Of a stretch of 35,207 nucleotides of DNA, positions 8,616-16,057 are shown piece after piece. Made by a program: the position numbers and the translations under genes. The DNA comes from an uncultured Lachnospiraceae bacterium (lineage in GTDB: Bacteria; Bacillota; Clostridia; Christensenellales; UBA1242), in contig CAZVYB010000003.1 in assembly GCA_964631405.1 (NCBI GenBank), positions 1 through 35,207 of the forward strand, in the 5' to 3' direction. Position 1 is the stretch's first letter, and each line of letters starts with the position of its first letter. The notes under the pieces were generated by a model that saw nothing but the letters and a program-made list of their open reading frames with translations, searched no databases and was not told where the DNA came from.

Positions 8616-10034
8616 ATGGAAAATAAAGATTTGCTTGAAACCAAACAAAATCTTTCCTCACAAAGTGAGGAAACTTTTTTGTCTGAGCAAAATCTTGAAG
8701 AGGGGGGAGAGGAAACGACAACACCAAAAACCGAGGAAAACAAACCTCAGCCAAACGCTTTTGACCTCCCAGAAGAAACGCCTAAAATTGAAATCAGCCA
8801 AGAAGAGGTTGAGGAAAATATCAATTCTCAAAAGAAAAAAATTGACGCAGTAGAGCAGTCAGTGTCAAAGAGGAACACAAAAAAAAGCAAGATACTTAAT
8901 GTTGTTTTCTTTATAATCAATATTGCCGTTGTTGCAGGTCTTTTGACCTATCAACTGACAAACGAAGAGTGGGTGCCAATCAGCGGACTAAGAATTGATA
9001 TCCCATCACTTTTTATGGTGATTTTGCTTCTTTTTGCAGTTGTTCTTATGGAAACGCTTGCCATAAGTTATCTGCTCAAACAGTCGACGGGCAAATGGCG
9101 TTTTGCCACTTCATACAAAGTTTCGCAGATTGGTAGATACTATGATAATGTCACGCCAATGTCATCTGGCGGACAGCCATTTCAAATTTCATACTTAAAA
9201 TCAAGGGGCGTGGCTCTTCATACAGCACTATCAGTTCCTCTTGCAAAATATGTGTTCACCCAACTTGGCTGGGTTGTGATAAGTTTTATCAGCCTTGTTG
9301 TTTCATGGGTTGATAAAAGTTATGGCACTTTTGTGTCAATCACAAGCGTTATTGGTTTTGTGCTGAGTTTCGCTGTGCTTGCAGTCACTGTTTTTCTTTC
9401 TTGCTGTAAAACTGTTGGCAAAAAACTGGTTGTAAAATGCCTAAAACTTCTTCACAAAATGAAGATTGTAAAAAATTATGATAAACAATATGAAAAAATC
9501 ACAAAATACATAAGCGAATTTCAAGATGTCATGAAACAGTATGCAAAATCTCCAAAAGATTTCATAGTGATGACAATCATAAGTTTGCTTAGACAATTTT
9601 TCAACTATGCAATCCCATTCTTTATCGTCAAATTCCTTACGCCGGGGATTGGTGGGGAAATGTTCTTTAAACTTATGGTGATGACTGTTCTTGTTGACCT
9701 TGCCTCTTCATTCTTCCCATTACCGGGTGGTACAGGAATGAATGAAATTTCCTTCACCGCTGCATTTGGTGCGGTTGTTGGTCAAACAGAACTTCTCGTT
9801 TGGGTGCTTATATTGTGGCGTACCTGCTCATACTATTTTTATCTTGTTCAAGGCGTGTGCATCATTTCATATGATATGGCATACGGCAATAGAAAATATA
9901 GGTGGCAGGTCCGCAAAAATTATTTGGCAGAAGAAAGTGCTGTTTTTAAGCAGGAACAGATAAATAGATTTAGATCGGATCGTGCAAAACGCAGAAAAAA
10001 CAAAAATAATAACGGCACAAGAGAATATTTATAA
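8616..10034 (+). CDS. Flippase-like / lysyl-phosphatidylglycerol-synthase-TM-type (UPF0104) integral membrane protein with an acidic N-terminal extension
   Basis: Multiple TM helices. GRYYDNVTPMSSGGQPFQISYLKSRGV matches the signature loop of this family as I recall it. The first roughly 90 aa are E/T/K-rich and low complexity. Basic C-terminal tail. Confidence 0.55.
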   Translation: MENKDLLETKQNLSSQSEETFLSEQNLEEGGEETTTPKTEENKPQPNAFDLPEETPKIEISQEEVEENINSQKKKIDAVEQSVSKRNTKKSKILNVVFFIINIAVVAGLLTYQLTNEEWVPISGLRIDIPSLFMVILLLFAVVLMETLAISYLLKQSTGKWRFATSYKVSQIGRYYDNVTPMSSGGQPFQISYLKSRGVALHTALSVPLAKYVFTQLGWVVISFISLVVSWVDKSYGTFVSITSVIGFVLSFAVLAVTVFLSCCKTVGKKLVVKCLKLLHKMKIVKNYDKQYEKITKYISEFQDVMKQYAKSPKDFIVMTIISLLRQFFNYAIPFFIVKFLTPGIGGEMFFKLMVMTVLVDLASSFFPLPGGTGMNEISFTAAFGAVVGQTELLVWVLILWRTCSYYFYLVQGVCIISYDMAYGNRKYRWQVRKNYLAEESAVFKQEQINRFRSDRAKRRKNKNNNGTREYL

Positions 10035-10056
10035 CAACTTGCACCACACTAAAACC

Positions 10057-10614
10057 ATGAAATTTAGTAAGGAAAATTTTGGTTGGATATTTGCCTGTGG
10101 GGTGCTTGCAATTTTGCTTGCCCTTGCGATATATCTTGGGTTTAGTGGCTGGTATTTTGAAAATGATAGAAACTTTACCACCGACCTACAACTTGGCAAA
10201 ACGGTACAAGTAGGAGTCGATAAAAATGGAGCAAACGCAGTTTCATTCAATCTTGACGGCTCATTTTTGGCGGGGGAACGCCTGCCTCAACTTGTCGCAG
10301 TAAAAAACTTGGACGAAGAGGAAGATGTTGCCCTTCGTGCAAAAATATTTATTTATTCAGGCTCAAATCAAACACTGGCTATGAATATGGTAGAAACGCT
10401 CAACTGGCAATACAACGAGAATGATGGATATTTTTATTTCAATTCTCTTCTTACCCCTCAAAATAAGGTGGCACTATGCTCTTATATTTTCATTGATGAA
10501 GAAACAACACTATATACAGATACAAAATATATTGTTACAATTGTTGTTGAGGCACTTGCCTCAACGCAAGATATTGAAAACATTTGGGGGATAAACCCTT
10601 TTCAAAATGATTGA
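10057..10614 (+). CDS. Hypothetical N-terminally anchored extracytoplasmic protein, 185 aa
   Basis: Start chosen at MKFSKENFGWIFACGVLAILLALAIYLGF, so that it begins after the upstream gene's stop. One N-terminal TM helix followed by a beta-rich domain. It faintly resembles TasA/camelysin-type exported proteins (unverified). Confidence 0.5.
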   Translation: MKFSKENFGWIFACGVLAILLALAIYLGFSGWYFENDRNFTTDLQLGKTVQVGVDKNGANAVSFNLDGSFLAGERLPQLVAVKNLDEEEDVALRAKIFIYSGSNQTLAMNMVETLNWQYNENDGYFYFNSLLTPQNKVALCSYIFIDEETTLYTDTKYIVTIVVEALASTQDIENIWGINPFQND

Positions 10615-10678
10615 CAATGATAAATAATTTTTTTACAATAAGGTGAAAGAAAATTTTTTGATATTCAAAGGAGAAATT

Positions 10679-10909
10679 ATGGAAGATAAAAAACTTTCTG
10701 CCGAACAACCTGCCAAAGAGAAACAAACACAAGAAATCAAATCAGAAGAAACAACGCCAGTACAGGAAAAGAAACCAACCACAAAACAAAAAGAAGATAA
10801 GAAGAAAGAACCGCTCAGCAAACAATCAAAGGAAATTATGTTTGGGCTTTTGGGAGGCTTTTCGCTTATAGTTGCAATCGTTTGCTTTGTGCTTATGTTT
10901 ATTTTTTAG
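10679..10909 (+). CDS. Small K/E-rich tail-anchored membrane protein, 76 aa
   Basis: ATG at 10679 preceded by AAAGGAG. Charged low-complexity N-terminal part. A single C-terminal TM helix (MFGLLGGFSLIVAIVCFVLMFIF). Confidence 0.45.
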   Translation: MEDKKLSAEQPAKEKQTQEIKSEETTPVQEKKPTTKQKEDKKKEPLSKQSKEIMFGLLGGFSLIVAIVCFVLMFIF

Positions 10910-10965
10910 ACAATATTTTTGATTTTTATTTGAAAAAGAGAAATATAAAAGGCAATCATTAGAAT

Positions 10966-11433
10966 ATGAAAATGACTGCCTTTTTTTCCTTTATATTTTC
11001 CCTCATTCTTATAGTTGCCTCCGCTTTTACCCTTCAAAATTGTAAAAATCAAGATTTTTTGCATAAAATTAAAGGCTTCCAAAGTGCAACAATCGTGTCT
11101 TATGAAAATGTTGATTGCTGGGCAAAAATAGTCAAGAATGGGAATGTGAATTATTATACCTTCCAAAATGACGCCTGTGAATTTGACAAAATCAAAAATT
11201 ATGAGGGGGCGGTTTTTTACTTTTCAAAGGAGACAAGTTTCAACTTTTTTGAGGATATTTGTTCTTGCACCTTCACTCGGGCATCAAAGATAGAAAATAT
11301 GAATGTTTATTATGGATTTTGCACTGACTTTTCAAAATTTGTTTTGCATGAAAACAAAAAAGTCAATGTTCAACTTGCCGAAAGGGAAGAAGGCTGGGTC
11401 TTGGGCTTTCCACTCATTTTGACTGGTTTTTGA
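10966..11433 (+). CDS. Hypothetical membrane-anchored or secreted Cys-rich protein, 155 aa
   Basis: N-terminal hydrophobic helix (FFSFIFSLILIVASAF). The C-terminal ...VQLAEREEGWVLGFPLILTGF loosely recalls YwmB/DUF1779-type endings (weak, unverified). Confidence 0.45.
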   Translation: MKMTAFFSFIFSLILIVASAFTLQNCKNQDFLHKIKGFQSATIVSYENVDCWAKIVKNGNVNYYTFQNDACEFDKIKNYEGAVFYFSKETSFNFFEDICSCTFTRASKIENMNVYYGFCTDFSKFVLHENKKVNVQLAEREEGWVLGFPLILTGF

Positions 11434-11505
11434 TTGCGACAAAGTTTTTATTTTTTTAGGGTATAAATAATGTTTTTTAGTCAATAAAAAACACAGGAGG
11501 TTGAA

Positions 11506-12069
11506 ATGGAAATCGAAAAGAAAAATAGGTTTATCGAATTTGTAAAAAACTATGCCATGTACATCGCTGTTGCAATGGTGATTTTCGCCGTTGCACTCAC
11601 TTTCAGTATCGTTGGGGCTGTCAACGGCTCTGTCCCTGCAAGCACGGGCACACTTGAATTTCAGTTGCCAATGACAAACGCTATGGTGATAAAAGACTTT
11701 TCAAATACAGAACTTCAAAACAATGAAACCCTCAATCAATGGGAGGCACACCTCGCCGTTGACCTTGCGGGAGAAAATGGTGATGTGTTTGCAATTCTTG
11801 ATGGCACGGTGACCTCAATTGAATATTCTTTCCTTGACGGCTATACAATCACACTTCAACATGAAAGCGGATTTTCAAGCGTATATTCCTCTCTTAAAGA
11901 AGAGGTTTTGGTTGAAGAAGGGGATAAGGTTGAAAGGGGAGAAAAGATTGGCGTTGTCAGCACAAGTGCATCGGGAGAACTTGACATGGGGGAACACCTG
12001 CACTTTTGCCTAAAACTCAACAATTCATATGTTGACCCAAATGAATATCTTGATTTGCAGGCAAAATAA
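11506..12069 (+). CDS. Membrane-anchored M23/LytM-domain peptidase, SpoIIQ-like
   Basis: Strong SD (AGGAGG). One N-terminal TM helix. LytM domain with H-x3-D (HLAVD) and H-x-H (HLHF) motifs. Positioned just upstream of spoIIID, as spoIIQ is in Clostridia. Confidence 0.65.
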   Translation: MEIEKKNRFIEFVKNYAMYIAVAMVIFAVALTFSIVGAVNGSVPASTGTLEFQLPMTNAMVIKDFSNTELQNNETLNQWEAHLAVDLAGENGDVFAILDGTVTSIEYSFLDGYTITLQHESGFSSVYSSLKEEVLVEEGDKVERGEKIGVVSTSASGELDMGEHLHFCLKLNNSYVDPNEYLDLQAK

Positions 12070-12090
12070 ATTTGATAAACCTTAAAAAAT

Positions 12091-12124
12091 GCGATAATCA
12101 AAGAAATTATCGTATTTTTATTTA
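12091..12124 (+). terminator. Rho-independent terminator
   Basis: Stem CGATAAT (12092-12098) / ATTATCG (12106-12112) with a 7-nt loop, followed by a T-rich tract. Confidence 0.6.
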
Positions 12125-12149
12125 CATATAAAAATTTTTATGATATAAT
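12121..12149 (+). promoter_or_regulatory. Sigma-A-type promoter with extended -10 for acpP
   Basis: TTTACA (12121-12126), 17-nt spacer ending in TGa, TATAAT (12144-12149). Confidence 0.6.
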
Positions 12150-12167
12150 AAGTGCGTGGAGGTTATT

Positions 12168-12404
12168 ATGAACACTATCGAAAAAGTTAAGAAAATTATT
12201 GCAGAACAACTTTGTATTTCTGCTGATGATATTAAGGACGACGCAAACATTATTGAAGATTTGGGTGCAGACTCTCTTGATATTGTAGAACTTTTGATGA
12301 CTTTTGAAGATGAATTTAAGGTTTCAATTCCAGACGAGCGTCTTGAAGAACTTAAATCAATTCCTCAAATTGTCAAGATTATTGATGAATTTTCAAAGAA
12401 ATAA
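12168..12404 (+). CDS. acpP: Acyl carrier protein
   Basis: MNTIEKVKKIIAEQL...LGADSLDIVELLMTFEDEFKVSIPDE contains the phosphopantetheine-attachment DSL motif. GGAGG SD before the ATG at 12168 (the track ORF starts at an upstream GTG). Confidence 0.9.
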   Translation: MNTIEKVKKIIAEQLCISADDIKDDANIIEDLGADSLDIVELLMTFEDEFKVSIPDERLEELKSIPQIVKIIDEFSKK

Positions 12405-12443
12405 AGAAAAATTTTTAAGAATGTCGCCATTTTTCTACAAAAT

Positions 12444-12473
12444 TTGACATAACAAGTTTCCCCCGCTCATAAT
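12444..12473 (+). promoter_or_regulatory. Promoter upstream of spoIIID (readable as sigma-A-like or sigma-E-like)
   Basis: TTGACA (12444-12449), 18-nt spacer, CATAAT (12468-12473). The same DNA reads as cATAac-N14-CATAATTT, which resembles my recollection of the sigma-E consensus (ATAtt-N14-CATACAnT). Confidence 0.4.
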
Positions 12474-12493
12474 TTTATAGGGCGGAGGGGATT

Positions 12494-12754
12494 ATGAAAG
12501 ATGATTTAGTAGAGAGGGTGATTTGCGTGGCAAATCATATCTACGACACTCATGATACCATAAGAAAGACAGCCAAAATATATGGATACAGCAAAAGCAC
12601 CATACACAATGATGTGTCAGTGAAACTGAAAGCCATAGATAGGGGCTTGTATGAGAAAACAAAAAAAGTCCTTGATGAAAACTTCGCTGAAAAACATCTT
12701 CGAGGAGGGGAAGCGACCAAGAAAAAATACTTGGAAGAGGAACGAAACATTTAA
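12494..12754 (+). CDS. spoIIID: Sporulation transcriptional regulator SpoIIID
   Basis: 86 aa. HTH region IRKTAKIYGYSKSTIHNDV and the C-terminal HLRGGEATKKKY closely match B. subtilis SpoIIID (VSKSTVHKDL ... HLRGGEATKLKY). Confidence 0.85.
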   Translation: MKDDLVERVICVANHIYDTHDTIRKTAKIYGYSKSTIHNDVSVKLKAIDRGLYEKTKKVLDENFAEKHLRGGEATKKKYLEEERNI

Positions 12755-12757
12755 AAA

Positions 12758-12790
12758 TCACGCCAATTACGGCGTGAATTTTGTTTTTTT
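12758..12790 (+). terminator. Rho-independent terminator
   Basis: Stem TCACGCC (12758-12764) / GGCGTGA (12771-12777) with a 6-nt loop, followed by ATTTTGTTTTTTT. Confidence 0.8.
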
Positions 12791-12909
12791 AAAACACTAA
12801 AAAAATTTAAGATGGAGAAGAAGGTATTTTTAATAAAATCAAATGGCTTAATAAAGGTTTATTACATTTTTGAAAATTTGTAAACATATTTATACTCGGG
12901 AGAGTTTTT

Positions 12910-13560
12910 ATGCGAAAAATTTTGGTTGTTGTTATGATTTTTGTTTCCATTTTTATGCTAAGCGGTTGCGGGCAGGAAAGAAGACCAGAAAACTCATTCA
13001 GTGAAATAACATATGATTATTATAGCGGGACAAACGATACATTGTTTGCATCTATCAGCGTGGGGAAAAGGGAAGAACCATATGCAATTGATGGTAATCA
13101 TGGTGAAAATGTAGATTTTTCTTTGGTTACGCTGAAATTTTCTTCAAGGCAACAGTTCAATCAACTTGCTGTTGATGTTGTAAACGATGATGGGACAATG
13201 CAATTGCTTTTGGAATTCAATCCACTTAACAATTCCTACATGGGCGACCTAGGCAGGGCGATTGATGGGGAAATTTCAATTATTTATGGTGAAACAATTC
13301 TAAATTTGCAAAAAACAAGTGAAAATTTCTCAATAAACTATCAAACTGCAATAGAAAAAGCAATTTTGGCACTTGACGGAGAGATTGAAAAATATTACAC
13401 AAATGGCATTTTTGAAGGAGAGTGCTATTTGAAAATTTTAAGCGAAGTTGATGAAAAATTTGAAGATTTATACTGGGTTTTCACCATCGTTGGAAAAAAC
13501 GGAGACACAAGCAATGTTGTGATTGATACTATAACCGGCGATACAACTTTGTCAAATTAA
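12910..13560 (+). CDS. Hypothetical lipoprotein, 216 aa
   Basis: Signal peptide with lipobox MRKILVVVMIFVSIFMLSGC. SD GGGAGAG upstream. I do not recognise a family. Confidence 0.6.
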   Translation: MRKILVVVMIFVSIFMLSGCGQERRPENSFSEITYDYYSGTNDTLFASISVGKREEPYAIDGNHGENVDFSLVTLKFSSRQQFNQLAVDVVNDDGTMQLLLEFNPLNNSYMGDLGRAIDGEISIIYGETILNLQKTSENFSINYQTAIEKAILALDGEIEKYYTNGIFEGECYLKILSEVDEKFEDLYWVFTIVGKNGDTSNVVIDTITGDTTLSN

Positions 13561-13580
13561 AATAATTTTATCAAAAATCA

Positions 13581-13610
13581 TTGCAAAAATAGTTAAAAAA
13601 ATGCTATCAT
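13581..13610 (+). promoter_or_regulatory. Sigma-A-type promoter with extended -10, positioned for a leaderless hflX transcript
   Basis: TTGCAA (13581-13586), 18-nt spacer ending in TGc, TATCAT (13605-13610). The ATG at 13617 starts 7 nt after the last -10 base. No SD. Confidence 0.5.
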
Positions 13611-13616
13611 AATTTT

Positions 13617-14726
13617 ATGAAAGAGATTATGAAGGAATATTTGCAACAAGAAAACGCAATTGTTGTTGCAGTATGCACCAAAAAAACAGATAATATTGAA
13701 AGAAAACTAGACGAAATAAAACGCCTGTCTTTTTCGGCTGGCTTAAATGTTGTCAACACATTTTATCAGATTATAAAAGATTATAACAAAAGCACGGTGA
13801 TTGGAAGTGGAAAGGTTGCCGAAATCAAAGAATACATCAAAAATTGCGAAGAAATCATTGATGTGGTGATTGTAGATTACCCCCTTTCTGGCTCTCAAAT
13901 GAAAAACCTTTCAAATGAATTTGGCGTTAAGGTTCTTGACCGAGTGGGGTTGATTATTGACATTTTTGCAAGAGGAGCAAAGTCAAGAGAGGCAAAATTG
14001 CAGGTAAAATTGGCTCAGGACTTATATGTTTTGCCACGCCTATCGCAAATGCAGGGCACAAGTGGAAGATATGGTAGTGCTGGCGTTGGTATGCGAGGCC
14101 CGGGTGAAACAAAGTTGGAACTTAATCGCAGGGTTTTAGAGCGTGAAATTGAAAGCCTGAAAACCCAGATAGAAAAAATCAAACAACAGCGTCAATCCAC
14201 AAGAAAGGAAAGACTAAATTCTCCATTGCCTAAGATTGCCCTTGTTGGGTACACAAACTCTGGCAAATCATCACTTTTAAACACTTTGGTCAAAGAAAAT
14301 ATTTATGCCGACGATAAATATTTTGCAACCCTTGACACCACATCAAGAAAGTTGTATTTGGGAGAAAATAAATATGCAATTTTGACGGATACCGTGGGAT
14401 TTATTTCAGACCTGCCACACCAACTTGTGGACGCATTTTCTTCCACTTTGGAAGAGGCTGTCGATGCAGACCTTCTTCTTCATGTTGTTGATGTTTCTCT
14501 GGGACAAGATATTGACGGGATAAAAGAATATCAATTGAATATGCAAATCACAAATAAACTACTTGATGAACTTGGTGCAACGCAAAAACGAATAGTAGTT
14601 CTCAATAAATGCGATAAACTTGATAAACCACATCTTTTGCAGGAAAATGAAGTTCTTATTTCTGCAAAAACAAAGAGGGGACTTGACGACTTACTAAATA
14701 AAATAAAAGGCAAACTTGATATATAA
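13617..14726 (+). CDS. hflX: GTPase HflX
   Basis: HflX N-terminal domain (GSGKVAEIKEYI, LAQDLYVLPRL, GPGETKLELNRR) followed by G-domain motifs (GYTNSGKSSLLN, DTVGFI, NKCD). Confidence 0.9.
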   Translation: MKEIMKEYLQQENAIVVAVCTKKTDNIERKLDEIKRLSFSAGLNVVNTFYQIIKDYNKSTVIGSGKVAEIKEYIKNCEEIIDVVIVDYPLSGSQMKNLSNEFGVKVLDRVGLIIDIFARGAKSREAKLQVKLAQDLYVLPRLSQMQGTSGRYGSAGVGMRGPGETKLELNRRVLEREIESLKTQIEKIKQQRQSTRKERLNSPLPKIALVGYTNSGKSSLLNTLVKENIYADDKYFATLDTTSRKLYLGENKYAILTDTVGFISDLPHQLVDAFSSTLEEAVDADLLLHVVDVSLGQDIDGIKEYQLNMQITNKLLDELGATQKRIVVLNKCDKLDKPHLLQENEVLISAKTKRGLDDLLNKIKGKLDI

Positions 14727-14763
14727 AAAAATAAAATAAATTTGATTAAATTGATATATTTTA

Positions 14764-14793
14764 TAAAAAAAGACGCAATTTGCGTCTTTTTTG
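14764..14793. terminator. Bidirectional Rho-independent terminator between convergent genes
   Basis: Stem AGACGCA (14771-14777) / TGCGTCT (14781-14787), flanked by an A-run and a T-run. Confidence 0.8.
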
Positions 14794-14803
14794 ATTAACT
14801 TCT

Positions 14804-15037
14804 TTATTTTTTTAAACTTTTGTATGTTTCGTTCAATTTTTTGACTAAAAAGTCAACATCAACCATGTGTACGCCCGCTGCCTTTTCAATTGTTTCTTCA
14901 AGCCCAAGGTGGCAAAAAATACAGTGCATTCCAAAGCCCATAAAAACATCGCCAAGCCTTTCATCAAGTTTGATGACCTCGTCAATAAACATATCTTTTG
15001 TGATTGGGTTTTCTTTTTTTCTTTTTCTATCTTTCAT
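14804..15037 (-). CDS. DUF1858 domain protein (hybrid-cluster-protein-associated redox disulfide type)
   Basis: 77 aa. ITKDMFIDEVIKLDERLGDVFMGFGMHCIFCHLGLEETIEKAAGVHMVDVDFL fits the DUF1858 pattern with its C-x-x-C. Confidence 0.7.
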   Translation of the reverse strand: MKDRKRKKENPITKDMFIDEVIKLDERLGDVFMGFGMHCIFCHLGLEETIEKAAGVHMVDVDFLVKKLNETYKSLKK

Positions 15038-15127
15038 GTGATTATTATATCAAAAAAACAAAGATTGTCAAAAAATATTTAAAAATTTTCAAAAAATGTT
15101 CTATAATTTCGCAATTCTAAATAAATT

Positions 15128-15826
15128 ATGACTATGGAAAAGATTACAAGTTATATTTCAAAAAAAGTTATCTCTCTTGAAAGCGGGGACATGGTAGGAT
15201 ATGTGCTGAATGTGTTTTTTGACGAAAAGATAAAAACATTTGAGGGACTGATTGTTGTTGACGAAGAAAGCGAAAATTCTTTTGTCCTTCCTCGTGCCGA
15301 TATTGTTTCGGTTGGAGAAGATTGCGTTATGATAGATGAAGCAGATAAACTTAAATTTAATATTTCCTCTTCAAACAGCCCTATCGGAAAACTTGTTTAT
15401 GACACACAAGGGAATATGTTAGGAAGGGTTTGCGAACTTGAAATTGCAGGCAAGGTTGTTAAAAAGATTGTAACCGATAAATGTGAATTTCCTCAAAGAT
15501 ACATTCGCACTGCTGGGGAAAAATATATCATTTATGGAAGCCCTAAAAAGGGTGAAAATAAAGGCAATTTTCCTCAAATGGTGCAGGTCGCACAACAAAA
15601 CTCTCTCACAAATGAACAGGTGACCATTCAAGAGGAAAAGACGATTTCAATCCCAACCATTCTTTTGGCGAACCCAAATTCTTTGCTTGGCAAAATGGTG
15701 ACAAATGACATTTTGGGACTAAATAATGAAGTTGTTGCAAAAAAGTTTGATATTATTGATAAAAAAATAATAGCAAAGGCAAAATTGCATAATAAAATCA
15801 ATTTACTTTCTTTTTATAGCAAATAG
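15128..15826 (+). CDS. PRC-barrel domain protein (two PRC-like repeats)
   Basis: KKVISLESGDMVGYVLNVFFDEKIKTFEGLIVVD and GKLVYDTQGNMLGRVCELEIAGKVVKKIV fit the PRC-barrel pattern. No obvious SD; the start could instead be the ATG at 15134. Confidence 0.55.
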   Translation: MTMEKITSYISKKVISLESGDMVGYVLNVFFDEKIKTFEGLIVVDEESENSFVLPRADIVSVGEDCVMIDEADKLKFNISSSNSPIGKLVYDTQGNMLGRVCELEIAGKVVKKIVTDKCEFPQRYIRTAGEKYIIYGSPKKGENKGNFPQMVQVAQQNSLTNEQVTIQEEKTISIPTILLANPNSLLGKMVTNDILGLNNEVVAKKFDIIDKKIIAKAKLHNKINLLSFYSK

Positions 15827-15848
15827 GCTTTTTAGTCCGAAAATAAAG

Positions 15849-15903
15849 GCGATAAAATATATTTTAAAATATTAAAAAATATTTTTTCGCTATTTTTTTT
15901 TGT
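15849..15903 (+). terminator. Rho-independent terminator upstream of the VirB4-like/giant-gene unit
   Basis: 12-bp stem GCGATAAAATAT / ATATTTTTTCGC with one mismatch (15849-15890), followed by TATTTTTTTTTTG. Confidence 0.6.
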
Positions 15904-16010
15904 TATTTTATTTAATATTTTTTGATTTTCAATATTTTTCTCTTTCAACGCTCCATATATTGCCTATATAAAAATATTTTATATAAATTTATAAAATCTT
16001 GCTCAATCGT

Positions 16011-16040
16011 TTGTATTTTTGCTTTGATTTGTTGTAAAAT
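16011..16040 (+). promoter_or_regulatory. Candidate sigma-A-type promoter for the VirB4-like gene
   Basis: TTGTAT (16011-16016), 18-nt spacer, TAAAAT (16035-16040). A 17-nt leader with SD AGAGG precedes the ATG at 16058. The AT-rich context makes this a weak call. Confidence 0.35.
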
Positions 16041-16057
16041 ATTCACAAGAGGTAATT

